In this document: piece after piece, positions 27,545-40,764 of the stretch
Layout of the letters: each line of letters opens with the position of its first letter
Position numbering within the stretch: position 1 is the stretch's first letter
From: Eledone cirrhosa
Taxonomy: Eukaryota
Reading direction: 5' to 3'
DNA: 64,000 bases
Assembly (NCBI GenBank): GCA_964016885.1
Contig: OZ024743.1
Coordinates: 341,930,001 to 341,994,000 of the forward strand
The notes under the pieces: generated by a model
What the model was told of the DNA's origin: nothing
Databases searched by the model: none
The model's input: the letters and a program-made list of their open reading frames with translations, nothing else
Program-made: the position numbers and the translations under genes

Positions 27545-29962
27545 CAGTTGCATTTATCTTGCTTTATGTTCATACGAGTTATCACCAAGTCACAACCAGT
27601 GACCTCAAGACACAACAAGGTCCGCCATGTTCAAGAAAGAACATACATACTCACACATGCATCTTTAGTGTTTAGACTTGTGATGTACTTATATTGACAG
27701 AATCTTCCTTAGTATATGGGCAGTTCCCATTAGTACTATCTTTTGTATTTCTCCTATACGCGGGTTTCATGGGATCTGCGATAAGTAATCATTACACCCC
27801 TTAGGTATCATTCCCAGAGCGCCTACAACCACTGGTATTGTTTTAGTTCTCAATTTCCACATTTTTCAAATTTCTATCTCCAGGTCCTTATACTTGCTAA
27901 ATTTTTCAAATGTTTTTATAGATACATTCTTGTCTATTGGAACAGACATATCAATTAGCAGGCATACCCTCTTTTTAAAGTCCTTCAATATTATATCAGG
28001 TCTATTTGCATCTATTTTTCGGTCTGTTTGGATGCTAAAGTTCCACAAGATTGAGATGTGATCTTTTTCAAATATGGGAGGTGGTTGATACTCTCACCAA
28101 TTCTTTTGATGGGGCAGGTCAAAATGCTTACACATTATCCAATGTATGTATTGTGCAGCTCTGTCATGCCTGTTTAGGTATTCGGTTGGAGCTATAGGAC
28201 TGCACATTGAAATTATATGGTCAATGGTCTCTGGTTGGTTTTGCATACACGGCATAATGGGCTGCACCCATTTTTTATTATGTTGACTTGGTAATTTTTT
28301 GTTGGCAGACACTGATCTTGTGCTGATATAATCAGTCCTTCAGTCTCCGATATAAATCCAGAGGATGCCAACCACTGATGGGTTAAAATTTTGTCAACAT
28401 CAGGATTGTTAGCTCTTTCTGGGTATTTTCCATACAGAGGCTTTTCTTGCCATTTCTTAGCCAGTTTCTGTAGCAGTTCTTTCTTTGCAGTTACTTTTAC
28501 CTGCTTTGCTTTTTCTGTGTTTTCCATTTCAGCAGTAAATGGGACTTCTGAAATTTGTAGTTCATTACTGTATCTTTGTGCATCTTTTGTAATGGAATAT
28601 GATCTTTTAATGCTTTCGTGTTTCAAAACGAGTTTGATCATCCAATCATGTGATTCCCTTAGATATGTAGATAATTCAATTGTTGCAGTTTTCAACGCAA
28701 TGTCTAACTGGATTAACCCACGTCCTCCTTCTTTCCTAGGGAGATATATTCTATCTATATCTGCCTAGGGTGATGCATTCTGTGCATGGTTTTTGTATCG
28801 AGCCTACGGATCTCTGTGCTTGACCAGTTGATGACATTGTAACTGTAGGTTACTACTGGTATGGCAAGCGTGTTTATGGCATCGATCCTATTCCTTGCAT
28901 TCAATTCCGTTCTTAAGATTGCTCTGACTCTGCGGTAACATTCCTTCCTTATCCTTTCCCTCATTGTCGAGTGCTTGATTCCGTCTCCTTCACAAACACC
29001 TAGATATTTGTAAGTTTTTTCTTGATCAAGTTTTCTTATCACGTTCCCCCGATCAAGATTAATGTCTGAACTCTTCAGCATCTTTCCTCTGGTGAACGTT
29101 GCTTTGGCGCATTTATCTAGTACATACTCCATTTTAATGTCATCACTGAACTGCTCCACAGTGGATAATAGCCCTTGCAATTGTTCATCATTTTTTGCAA
29201 ATAGCTTCAGGTCATCGATGTAGAACAAGTGATTAATGGTTTTGTCATAGACTTTATATCCATGTTTTCTTTCATTGAGCATTTTACTTAATGATATAAG
29301 TGCGATGCAGAATAAAAGCGGTGATAAAGAGTCACCCTGAAAAATTCGACAATTAATATTAACTTCTCCAGCTTCCAGTACTTTTGTTTCACTATTCAAA
29401 ACGAGTGTCGTTTTCCATGTCTTCATACTGAATGACAAAAACCTCCTGACATCGGGGGATACTTTGAAAGTCTCTAAACATTTTTCAATCCAACTGTGTG
29501 GCAAACTATCGAATGCTTTTTTATAATCTATCCAAGCAATTGATAGATTTTTGTGTCTATTATGACAATCTTCCAGTATCATTTTGTTAACCAAAAGCTG
29601 ATACTTACAGCCATATGAGCCTCGTTTACACCCTTTCTGCTCAATAGGAAATAGGTCTTTTGTTATCAGGTGGTCATATCTGTATTCAGTTAGGACTGAT
29701 GTTAAAATTTTATACATTGTGGTCAAGCAAGTTATCGGTCTGTAATATTTGGGATTGTTTGTCTCATCATTCTTCGGAAGCAGGAATGTAATGCCGTTAA
29801 CTAGCCATGATGGTATCTTTTCTGGCTCCTTAACTATTTCATTGTAAAGTTGGGCTAACAGCTCATGAGACTCTGTGAAGGCATTTATCAAAAAACTTTG
29901 TATTTTGTCTTTTCCTGGGGATTTCCATTTGCTGGTTTTTCTTAGAGCCAAGCGCAACTGTT
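27545..29962 (-). mobile_element. Dong/R4-clade LINE family A, 5'-truncated
   Basis: RT (WKSPGKDKI, YRPITCL, DYKKAFDS, FQGDSLSPLLF, YIDDLKL), CCHC knuckle, RLE (NRPD...IDMSVP...KYKDL). (AAT)n flanks. Confidence 0.93.
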
Positions 29963-29984
29963 ATTATTATTATTATTGTTGTTA

Positions 29985-31033
29985 TTACTCTTTGAGTCTC
30001 AGTCATTGATGTTAGTTAACTGGAAAGTTTGTTGAAATGAATATCAAGCCACTACCTGCAGCCTCAGATATTCAGGACGTATCGGAGGGTTCTTGCTGTT
30101 CACAGCAAGCATGCCTTTTGAAGCGTTCCAAAAAGCGTGGCGGGGCCAATTTTCTTTAACCATCCCTGGAAACTTTTTGAGATAGTCCCTAGTGCGCCTA
30201 TGACAATCGGGATCACTTTGACTTCATGGCAGTTCCAAATCCTTTTTACCTCCCACTTTAAGTCCTGGTATCGGTTAATTTTCTCCCTCTCCTTCTCTTG
30301 CACTCTCGTGTCGAATGGGCAGGCCACATCCACAATCAGACACGATCTTTTTTCTTTGTCCACAACCACCAGGTCAGGTCTATTGTGTTCCAGTTTCTTG
30401 TCCGTCTGTATCATAAAATCCCACAGCACTTTCAACTGATCGTTTTCTATCACCGCCTCTGGCTTATGCTCATACCACTTCTCAGAATGTGGTAAATTGT
30501 TTACTTTGCATATGTGCCAGTGGTTCACCCTGCCCATCACATCATGTCTCCAGCCCTTATAGTGAGTCTGGGCTAGGTGTTTACACGCTGATACAATGTG
30601 AGCCACAGTCTCCTCTCTCTCTCTCTCTCTCTCCACAAATCCTGCACAGTGGGCTAGCCTCCTCCTTGTAAATGTGGTGTTTCAACCACTTCATTTTGAG
30701 GGCCTGCTCCTGCGCAGCCATTAACATTCCTTCTGTAACCTTTTTAAGGTCTCCTCTTTTCAACCAGTTCCATGTCTTTGGATCTCTAAATTCAGTTTTC
30801 TCAAAGAAGGTACTATGAAAGCATATTTCCTGAAGGCTGCTCTTTCTCCTTGATGTTATTTCCTCCTAGGACATCCCCTGGCCTATTGTCCCCTCCTTCA
30901 GTACAGTTCTGAGCATTGGCTCCTTGCTATCAGTCACGTATTTGTGTAGGTTGTTTTTCTCCATCTGAACACAGTCCTCTATGCTGATAAGACCTCTTCC
31001 ACCCTCAGATCTCCTTAGGTAGAGTCTATCGAC
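29985..31033 (-). mobile_element. Dong/R4-clade LINE family B, 5'-truncated
   Basis: RLYLRRSEGGRGL, AAQEQAL, CRIC..ETVAHIVSAC, HNRPDLVV, DVACPFD, IPIVIGALG. (AAT)n flanks. Confidence 0.92.
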
Positions 31034-31049
31034 AATTATTATTATTATT

Positions 31050-34000
31050 ATTTGCATTTATCTTGCTTTATGTTCATACGAGTTATCACCAAGTCACAAC
31101 CAGTGACCTCAAGAGACAACAAGGTCCGCCATGTTCAAGAAAGAACATACATATTCACACATGCATCCTTAGTGTTTAGACTTGTGATGTACTTATATTG
31201 ACAGGATCTTCCTTAGTATATGGGCAGTTCCCATTAGTACTATCTTTTGTATTTCTCCTATACGCGGGTTTCCTGGGATTTGCGATAAGTAGTCGTTAGA
31301 CCCCTTAGGTATCATTCCCAGAGCGCCTACAACCACTGGTATTGTTTTAGTTCTCAATTTCTACATTTTTCAAATTTCTATCTCCAGGTCCTTATACTTG
31401 CTCAATTTTTCAAATGTTTTTATAGATACATTCTTGTCTATTGGAACAGACATATCAATTAGCAGGCATACCCTCCTTTGAAAGTCCTTCAATATTATAT
31501 CAGGTCTATTTGCATCTATTTTTCGGTCTGTTTGGATGCTAAAGTTCCACAAGATTGAGATGTGATCTTTTTCAAGTATGGGAGGTGGTTGATGCTCCCA
31601 CCAATTCTTTTGATGGGGCAGGTCAAAATGCTTACACATTATCCAATGTATGTATTGTGCAGCTCTGTCATGCCTGTTTAGGTATTCGGTTGGAGCTATA
31701 GGACTGCACATTGAAATTATATGGTCAATGGTCTCTGGTTGTTTTTTGCATACACGGCATAATGGGCTGCACCCATTTTTTATTATGTTGGCTTGGTAAT
31801 TTTTTGTTGGCAGACACTGATCTTGTGCCGATATAATCAGTCCTTCAGTCTCCGATTTCAGTCCAGAGGATGCCAACCACTGATGGGTTAAAGTTTTGTC
31901 AACATCAGGATTGTTAGCTCGCTCTGGGTATTTTCCATACAGAGGCTTTTCTTGCCATTTCTTAGCCAGTTTCTGTAGCAGTTCTTTCTTTGCAGTTACT
32001 TTTACCTGCTTTGCTTTTTCTGTGTTTTCCATTTCAGCAGTAAATGGGACTTCTGAAATTTGTAGTCCATTACTGTATCTTTGTGCATCTTTTGTAATGG
32101 AATATGATCTTTTGTTGCTTTCGTGTTTCAAAACGAGTTTGATCATCCAATCATGTGATTCCCTTAGATATGTGGATAATCCAATTCTTGCAGTTTTCAA
32201 TGCAATGTCTAACTGGATTAACCCACGTCCTCCTTCTTTCCTAGGGAGATATATTCTATCTATGTCTGCCTTAGGGTGATGCATTCTGTGCATGGTTAAG
32301 AATTTTCGGATTTTTGTATCGAGCCTACGGATCTCTGTGCTTGACCAGTTGATGACATTGTAACTGTAGGTTACTACTGGTATGGCAAGCGTGTTTATGG
32401 CATCGACCCTATTCCTTGCATTCAATTCCGTTCTTAAGATTGCTCTGACTCTGCGGTAACATTCCTTCCTTATTCTTTCCCTCATTGTCGAGTGCTTGAT
32501 TCCGTCTCCTTCACAAACACCTAGATATTTGTAAGTTTTTTCTTGATCAAGCTCTCTTATCACGTTCCCCCGATCAAGATTAATGTCTGAAATCTACAGC
32601 ATCTTTCCTCTGGTGAACGTTGCTTTGGCACATTTATCCAGTCCAAACTCCATTTTAATGTCATCACTGAACTGCTTCACAGTGGATAATAGCCCTTGCA
32701 ATTGTTCATAATTTTTTGCAAATAGTTTCAGGTCATCCATGTAGAACAGGTGATTAATGGTTTTGTCATAGACTCTATATCCATGTTTTGTTTCATTGAG
32801 CATTTTACTTAATGGTTTAAGTGCGATGCAGAATAAAAGCGGTGATAAAGAGTCACCCTGAAAAATTCCACAATTAATGTTAACTTCTCCAGCTTCCAGT
32901 GATTTTGTTTCACTATTCAAAAGGAGTGTCGTTCTCCATGTCCTCATACTGAATGACAAAAACCTCCTGACAACGGGGGATATTTTGAAAATCTCTAAAC
33001 ATTTTTCAATCCAACTGTGTGGCAAACTATCGAATGCTTTTTTATAATCTAACCAAGCAATCGATAGATTGTTGTGTCTATTATGACAATCTTCCAGTAT
33101 CATTTTGTTAACCAGAAGCTGATCCTTACAGCCATATGAGCCTCGTTTACACCCTTTCTGCTCAATGGGAAATAGGTCATTTTTTATCAGGTGGTCATAT
33201 GTGTATTCAGTTAGGACTGATGTTAAAATTTTATACATTGTGGTCAAGCAGGTTATCGGTCTGTAATTTTTGGGATTGTTTGTCTCATCATTCTTCGGTA
33301 GCAGGAATGTAATGCCGTTAACTAGCCATGATGGTATCTTTTCTGGCTCCTTAACTATTTCATTGTAAAGTTGGGCTAACAGCTCATGAGACTCTGTGAA
33401 GGCATTTATCCAAAAGTTTTGTATTTTGTCTTTTCCTGGGGATTTCCATTTGCTGGTTTTTCTTAGAGCCAAGCGCAGCTGTTCAACTGTTATATTTTCC
33501 CATGTTTGTTCTTCAAGGTGAACTGTTTCTTTCATTTGTCTGTCTATCCATGGGGCATGTATGTTATGAACTTTTTCTTCGGCCCAGATCTTTTCCCAGA
33601 ATTCTTGCACTTCCTCCTTGGGTGGTATTGATTTAGCAGTTATTGTTGACTTACCAATTTTTCTGTAGAAATTTCTTTGGTTGTTTTTGAACATATTATT
33701 GTCCTTATAGAATCTAGATCGTTTTTCAAAGCGCCTTATACGAGCAGCTTTGGCCGACACTTTTTGCTTGATTGTTTCTATCAGCATGTCTATGTCACAT
33801 GTTGATCTTATACTGTACTTTTTTTTCAATTTTCTAAGTTTAGTTTGTTTAACATGTTCACCTACTTTATAGTTTGTTAAAATTTCTATGTCAGATCGGA
33901 GAAGGTTTATTTGGCGATTGATGTTATCTTGCCAAGTAGATTTCTTGTGGGAATTCCTTTGTTTTTTCATCTTCACTCCACATAAGTGAGTGGTGACTTT

Positions 34001-35006
34001 AGCCGATGCATAATAGAGATGATTTAAGTCAGTAATGTTTAGTTTGTTTGTGATGATAATGTTTTTGAGAATTATGTTAGTCTTGTGTATTATCTTTTGG
34101 TTCTGTTTGGAGTTCTGGATCTTAGGGAGGGTGTCTCGTTGCCCCATGTCAGATTCTTTCATTTTCATCCATTCCATCATAATTTCATCCTTCAAGTTCG
34201 CAAGTTCATTCTCATTCATTTCTTTATCATTTACGATCTCATTATTTTCATTTGGAGTTTCATCCTGAGCATGCACTCCTTCCACTTTTTCGCTCCTTTC
34301 TTTAATTTGTTCTGTTGCCAGTGATTCCGCCCCAACCCTGGGATTCGAAGTGTTACAGTTTACCTCGTTTTCACTGACACATGCTTCATTTTCCCTTCGC
34401 TGACTTTGTGCTACTAGCTTGATCTGATCAATTTCTATATCAGTTAGTAACTTTTTTCTTACAATATTTCTTCGTATATTGGCTAGTTTGTTACTGTCAA
34501 TATAGCCTCTGTTTTCGGGATGTTTCTTTTTCCAGTATATATATGTTTGTTCTGTATTCGATGTATTTGATGGGTAGTACATGGCAGTGTTAGAAAGCCT
34601 CAAGGACTTCTTTATTATCTTCCCTTGACCATTTTTCTCTCTTTTTCTTTGGATTTCTTGGTGGTGAGCATGGAGGGCCAACAGTAGGAGTATTCCGGTT
34701 ATGGGAGGTCTCCAGCTCCGAAGTGATGGGAAGGTTTGAACCATTAGCTGATTTTTCGACCCCAGTCTGGTTCCTCTCTGAGGGACGCGGCCCTTTTTTA
34801 CCCGGGTGACGGCCGATCCGGTATGAGATTTTATCATTAGACATTTACTTTATCTTGTCGCGTTTTATCCTTATCCGCCAAGGGGTAATCATTTCGTGTT
34901 ACCACTTCTAGAACGAGTGTCAACCAAGACTAGAGGGGTCGTTCTCCCCTAGAGACATGGCTATTCCCCGCCGGCCGCCATCCCGGTATTTCTTGGTCAC
35001 GGGGTT
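31050..35006 (-). mobile_element. Dong/R4-clade LINE family A, apparently full length (~3.95 kb)
   Basis: 5' UTR at 34845-35006, single ORF from ATG 34844 (KKREKWSREDNK) through RT and RLE to ~31192. 3' stem-loop AGGTCAC-TGGTT-GTGACTT. Confidence 0.93.
31192..34844 (-). pseudogene. R4/Dong RT-RLE polyprotein with one frameshift (~34590) and in-frame stops (32594, 31370, 31361)
   Basis: ORFs 34590-34844, 32594-34837 and 31370-32563. FYMDDLKLF catalytic motif. Confidence 0.92.
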
Positions 35007-35089
35007 TTCTTTTTGTTGTTTTTTTTAAATTGTTATTATCATGAGTGGTTCCTTAATGTGAGCATTGCGTGGCTTAAGAATGAAATTAT

Positions 35090-35140
35090 TAATAATTGTC
35101 TCCACTCCAGGCACAAGGTCAGCAATCACCCAGTGCATTA
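35090..35140 (-). mobile_element. SINE 3' tail fragment
   Basis: Reverse reads TGCACTGGGTGATTGCTGACCTTGTGCCTGGAGTGGAGACAATTATT. Confidence 0.6.
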
Positions 35141-35537
35141 CAATAATATAATATACTTTTTGTTGTATTTGGCTGTTATTGCTCCTGGCTATGTCGGTGG
35201 TGGTGCCAGGGCTTTTTATATTGTTGGTGAGGAAGGGGTGAGCCAGCAGTCCCATAATTGTTGATGTAGACGTTTGGCCGTGGCAAGGTCACCAAGTCAA
35301 TCTATTTATATCTTTTGCTAGCCTCTCTCTTGTCTAGTGCTACCGCCACCTTCCCTTTTCTCTCTCAAGTTAACAGGGGAATAGTGTCAGTAGCACTGAA
35401 TGAGTGGTGGCGGCGATGATGGATGTGGTGGGGTCGTGGCAGCGGTGGTGTTGTGGTTACTGATATAGTATCTATCTTATTATTATTATAATAATTATTA
35501 TTATAATAATTATTGTTATAATTATTATTATTATAAT

Positions 35538-36540
35538 CAGTGTGCCTGGGCGCCTGGCACACTGAGTGTGCCCAGGCGCTCACCGCCCTCTGGCAGGCGG
35601 ATCCGGTTATCAGTGGAGACTCCACCGCAACATTCTATAGAGGGCTGGTACGCAGCAGGTGCGACGACGCCCTCGGAGAAGCCCTAGACATGGAGGAGGA
35701 CGAACTGGCCAGCCTGTTCGGTAGGACATTCAGCCCGGGACCTATGGACAACTTCCAGAAGTCCCTGGCCTGGCAGTGCTACCGAGGGGCTTTACCCGTT
35801 CGAGAAAGGCTCTACAGACACGGGCGCCCGGGTAGGGACCCCGCCAAAAAGATCTGTCCCAGATGCGTGTGCGACGAGGAAACCGTTGCACACGCATTGG
35901 TACACTGTTCGGGCGTAGCCGATCTGTGGGGCTATGTCGAACAACTGCTGTCAAGGGTGAGACCGATCCGGTTGACCACCGAGTCTATTGTAATGATCAA
36001 GCCGCCTCCCCCCTTCAAAGATGAAGCAGAGGCGGTGTTTCTGTGCGTAATAGCCATGGCGAAAGAGGTTGTATGGTGGACGCGTCTGAAAGGACTGAGG
36101 TCAGGCACCTTTCTCTCTGGCCAACAACTGGTCCGTTTCTTCCGATATCATTTCGGAAGAAGGATCAGGATGGAGAGAGAGGTGCTGCAACCCCAGCCGT
36201 TTCTATGAAAGATGGGTGAAAGTGGCGAGAATGGCCCGTGTGATTGGGCCTTCACTCTACATCAGACTATAGGTGAGGAAGATGAAAGACCAAGGGAGCA
36301 CCCCTTCTCTATGCTCCTGAGGAGAAGGGTTGCACACTTTTTTCGGGGGTGTGTGCGAACCCCCAAGGCGCCTCTTCTCTATTGAGGATTTTGTTATGAA
36401 TTTTATTTTTTGTTATATCTTATTTTATTTTTATATTTTGTTATTGCCTCCTCCTTATTGAGGACGCCTTTTTGTGTAAACTCCCCCCTTTGTACTTGTC
36501 CCACTTTTGATGCCCTAGTGGCAAATAAAAGAAACATATC

Positions 36541-36545
<5 letters not shown>
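35538..36545 (+). mobile_element. L1/Tx1-clade LINE 3' fragment (zf-RVT CCHC domain and 3' UTR)
   Basis: ORF 35540-36208: AWQCYRGALPVRERL...CPRC..DEETVAHALVHC..V..LW...VVWWTR. Ends GCCCTAGTGGCAAATAAAAGAAA followed by (TTA)n. Confidence 0.85.
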
Positions 36546-36602
<57 letters not shown>

Positions 36603-39350
36603 TTTCTTTGAGTCTCAGTCATTGATGTTAGTTAACTGGAAAGTTTGTTGAAATGAATATCAAGCCATTACTTGCAGCCTCAGATATTCAGGACGTATCG
36701 GAGGATTCTTGCTGTTCCCAGCAAGCATGCCTTTTGAAGCGTTCCAAAAAGCGTGGCGGGGCCAATTTTCTTTAACCATCCCTGGAAACTTTTTGAGATA
36801 GTATCTAGTGTGCCTATGACAATTGGGACCACTTTGACTTCATGGCAGTTCCATATCCTTTTTACCTCCCACTTTAAGTCCTGGTATCGGTCAATTTTCT
36901 CCCGCTCCTTCTCATGCACTCTCGTGGCGAATGGGCAGGCTACATCCACAATCAGGCACGATCTTTTTTCCTTGTCCAAAACCACCAAGTCAGGTCTATT
37001 GTGTTCCAGTTTCTTGTCCGTCTGTATACTAAAATCCCATAGCACCTTCACCTGATCGTTTTCTATCACCGACTCTGGCTTATGCTCATACCACTTCTCA
37101 GAATGTGGTAAATTGTTTACAATGCATAGGTACAAGTGGATCACCCTGCCCATCACATCATGTCTCCAGCCTTTATAGTGAGTCTGGGCTAGGTGTTTAC
37201 ACTCTGATACAATGTGAGCCACAGTCTCCTCTCTCTCTCTCCACAAATCCTGCACAGTGGGCTAGCCTCCTCCTTGTAAATATGGTGTTTCAACCGCTTA
37301 GTTTTGAGGGCCTGCTCTTGCGCAGCCATTACCATTCCTTCTGTAACCTTTTTAAGGTCTCCTCTTTTCAACCAGTTCCATGTCTGTGGATCTCTGAATT
37401 CAGTTTTCTCAAAGAAGGTACTATGAAGGAATTATTCATGAAGGCTGCTCTTTCTCCTTGTTGTTATTTCCTCCTTGGACATCCCCTGGGCTATTGTCCT
37501 CTCCTTCAGTTCAATTCTGAGCATTGGCTCTTTACTATCAGTCACGTATTTGTGTAGGTTGTTTTTCTTCATCTGAACACAGTCCTCTATGCTGATAAGA
37601 CCTCTTCCACCTTGAGGTCTCCTTAAGTAGAGTCTATCGACATCACTCCTCTTGTGGAACATGTTGTAGATAGTCAATAGCTTCCTAGTCTTCATATCCA
37701 TTTCTTTTTGTTCAGCAACATTCCATCTCAGAATTCCCGCACTGTACCTAATAATAGACACAGCTCTGGTATTTACTGCACTTATGGCATTCCTACTGTT
37801 CAGATGTGACTTTAATACGCTCCTTACTCTCCGAATGTATTCAGATCTTATCAATTCCTTCATTTTATTGTTCTTGATGTCATCAGCCTTCAGAACACCC
37901 AAATACGTGTATCCCTCTTCAGTGTCAATTTCCTTTATCATCTCACCTGTTGGTACCTGGATTCCGTTGCTTCTGCTCAATTTACCCCTTTTCATCACAA
38001 GGACTCCACACTTACTAATACCAAATTGCATACATATATCATTGCTGAAAATACGGACAGTGTCACCAAGCACATCCAACTCCTTCTCACTCTTCCCGAA
38101 GAGCTTAAGATCGTCCATGAAGAGGAGGTGATTGATAGTAAGCTCTCCCTTCCCAACTTGTATCCTGCTCTCACTTTTCGCAGTATAATGGTCAGGGGCA
38201 TCAGGGCAAAGACAAACAACAGAGGGGACAGACTATCTCCCTGGAAGATACCTCTCTTGATCGTGACGCCTCCCAAGGATTCTCCAGCTGATGTTAACTC
38301 TGTTTTCCAGGACTTCATACTTTTGCCCAACAACTGTCTGATGTTATCTGCCACCTTGAAGATCTCTAGGCTTTTGGTGATCTAAGAATGAGGCACCATG
38401 TCAAATGCCTTTTTGTAGTCTATCCATCCCATGGCAAGACCTCTTGCAATTCCTCATTACCATCTTATCAATAAGTAACTGGTCCGTTGTACCACGGGAC
38501 TTCTTTCGGCATCCTTTCTGTTCGTCCGGTAACAAGTTGTTTGTGTGGTGGTCATGGTAGATTTCCTCAGACATAATGCTTGTCAACAGTTTCCACATTA
38601 CAGACAGACATGTGATAGGTCTATAGTTGGTAACATCATTACCCTTGATTCGGCCTTTCATTACCAGAACTGTGGTACCTTCTGTCAACCGATCTGGTAC
38701 CTCACCTGACATCAAGCAGTCATTGAAAATGGTTGCCAGTTTCGGGTGGAGGGATGTTATATTTGTAATCCATTACCCCTGTTCACCATCTGGGCCTAGT
38801 GATTTCCAGTTGCTTAGTTATTTGGCCTGCCCCTTAAGAGTTTCAACTGTGATACTCAAATCAGTCTGTTGGTATGCCTGTTGACTAATCTCCTTTTGTA
38901 CTGTCTCAATCCACACTGCCTGGTCATTATGTTTAACATCCTGCTCCCATATTCCTCTCCAGAATGTTTTAGTTTGTTCCGCCTCAGGGATCAAGTCGTT
39001 GCCTCTTTCTTTCCCTTCAAGCTGTCCAAACAGCATCTTCTGGTTGTCAAACATGCGGTTCTGTCTATACTGACTGACTCTGCTCTCGTATTGCCTAATG
39101 TTTGCACTCTTTGCTACAATGCGTTGCTTCAGTTCCTCTATGATAATATTTAGCTTTTTCCTCCTAGTTTTGTACTTTATTTCCAGTCTATTTTTAGTGT
39201 CTATGTTTTTTAGTATCCCATTCAGTAGGGACTCAAGCTTTCCAATGTCATTTCTCATTTTCCCTGATTTGACCATTCAGTCGTTTCTTCCACCAAGGCT
39301 CTGATCTTGTTTGTTGTTTCCTCTCGTTTTTATGCCAAGTAATTTCCTCA
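36603..39350 (-). mobile_element. Dong/R4-clade LINE family B, 5'-truncated and frameshifted
   Basis: NYRPITCL, GIFQGDSLSPLLF, MDDLKLFG, RLE domain ending GTARILRYVLNI. Same 3' UTR as 29985-30065. Confidence 0.92.
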
Positions 39351-39406
39351 TTATAAGAAATGTTTTAGTGCACACTTATGTGTGTATGAATATATTTCAA
39401 CCACTT

Positions 39407-39489
<83 letters not shown>

Positions 39490-40234
39490 TGTATATGCTT
39501 ATGCGTGTGTGTGTATATTCATGTGCGCACGTGTGTATGTGTATGTATATGTGTGTGTGTCTGTATGTGTTATCCTTTCTAAGAATTGTTTCTCTATATT
39601 ATTTAACTATATAGATAATAATTTTTTTTTTCGCTTGTTAGCGTATTTCTAAACTATTATAACTTTACCATTTACTGAGGTACTCTTTCAGCATTTGACA
39701 TAATTATAATATATGAATAATGTTGATGAATTCCACGGTCAGTTTCAATTATTCGCCCAAAAAATAATGGGACCGAAGCTGTGCTTGTCTAGTACTAGTT
39801 CAATGAAGCTCGTTATTATGTTTTAACTCTTGCATAGTCAAGCCTTTTAATATGCTTTTCCCCTTGCTAGTAGTAAGCACACATGTAACCTAATTAACAA
39901 GCCTTATTACAGCACTGAAAACTCTTCGTGTTATTCTATCTTTACATTCATATATACATTTTACCTCCATCGGTTCTGACAACGGGTTCTCAAACTGTTC
40001 GGTTAACAGAACAACTTGCTCTTGAAATTGGCACGCAAGTAATAGAATATTCCATTGACGTGTATAACCATAACGAATTTCCCAGGGAGTTTCCATTTAC
40101 AGCAAAATCTCGCTATTTGGCTTACAGGTACAAATTTACGATCGTAAGCTGAATAACTTAGACACTAATACACATGGCGCTCTTGAAAGCGTTTTTCCTT
40201 CGTCTCTTATCCCCTTCAAAATGATCTTAAAATA

Positions 40235-40700
40235 AATGTATGTATAGTATATTTGACAATATAATGTATGTCTAATTACAAATATTTCGGAGACCATTCG
40301 CTCTGAATTTTAAAGTAGTGACTCTGTCACTTACTTATTCTCGGGAAAAACAAAGGGGAGTAATTGACAGTCCGGGTTATCGCTCTTTAGCGGTTATCAA
40401 GACTATTCCCTTCTTTTCTGCCGAGAGTTCTAGAAGATGGATTCTTATAGAATTCCAGTAATGTTTAAGAGCTGATTAAACAGGGCGGTTGCAGGTCCAG
40501 CAAAAATATGGGTATTAGTTCTGAAATAGCGATGTATATATGTAAGTGACATATTCTTGATAACCACTTACAAGCGAGAAACAGAGCTGTCGAATACTCC
40601 CCTTTGTTTTTGCCGTGAATAAATAAGTGACATAATCACTACTTTAGAATTCATAGCGAATGGTCTTCAAAGGGTTTTTAAATGTATTGAATTTTAAGTA
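40235..40700. mobile_element. Non-coding fold-back HHR element related to 11318-12145
   Basis: 40290-40410 is inverted at 40550-40670. Shares GTATGTATAGTATATTTG, AGTGAC..GTCACT and CTGAAATAGCGATGTATA with the 11.3-kb element. Confidence 0.7.
40552..40596 (+). ncRNA. Type I HHR with U3-A8 core
   Basis: TATTC-TTGATAA-CCACTTACAAGCGA-GAAA-CAGAGCTG-TC-GAATA. The decayed inverted copy (~40362-40405) keeps TTGATAA and helix II CGCT/AGCG. Confidence 0.68.
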
Positions 40701-40764
40701 TACTAAATTAGCCATTTTGCAATATATTTATCATTGTTTTCCTTGGTTACGTGTAAAAGAAATA

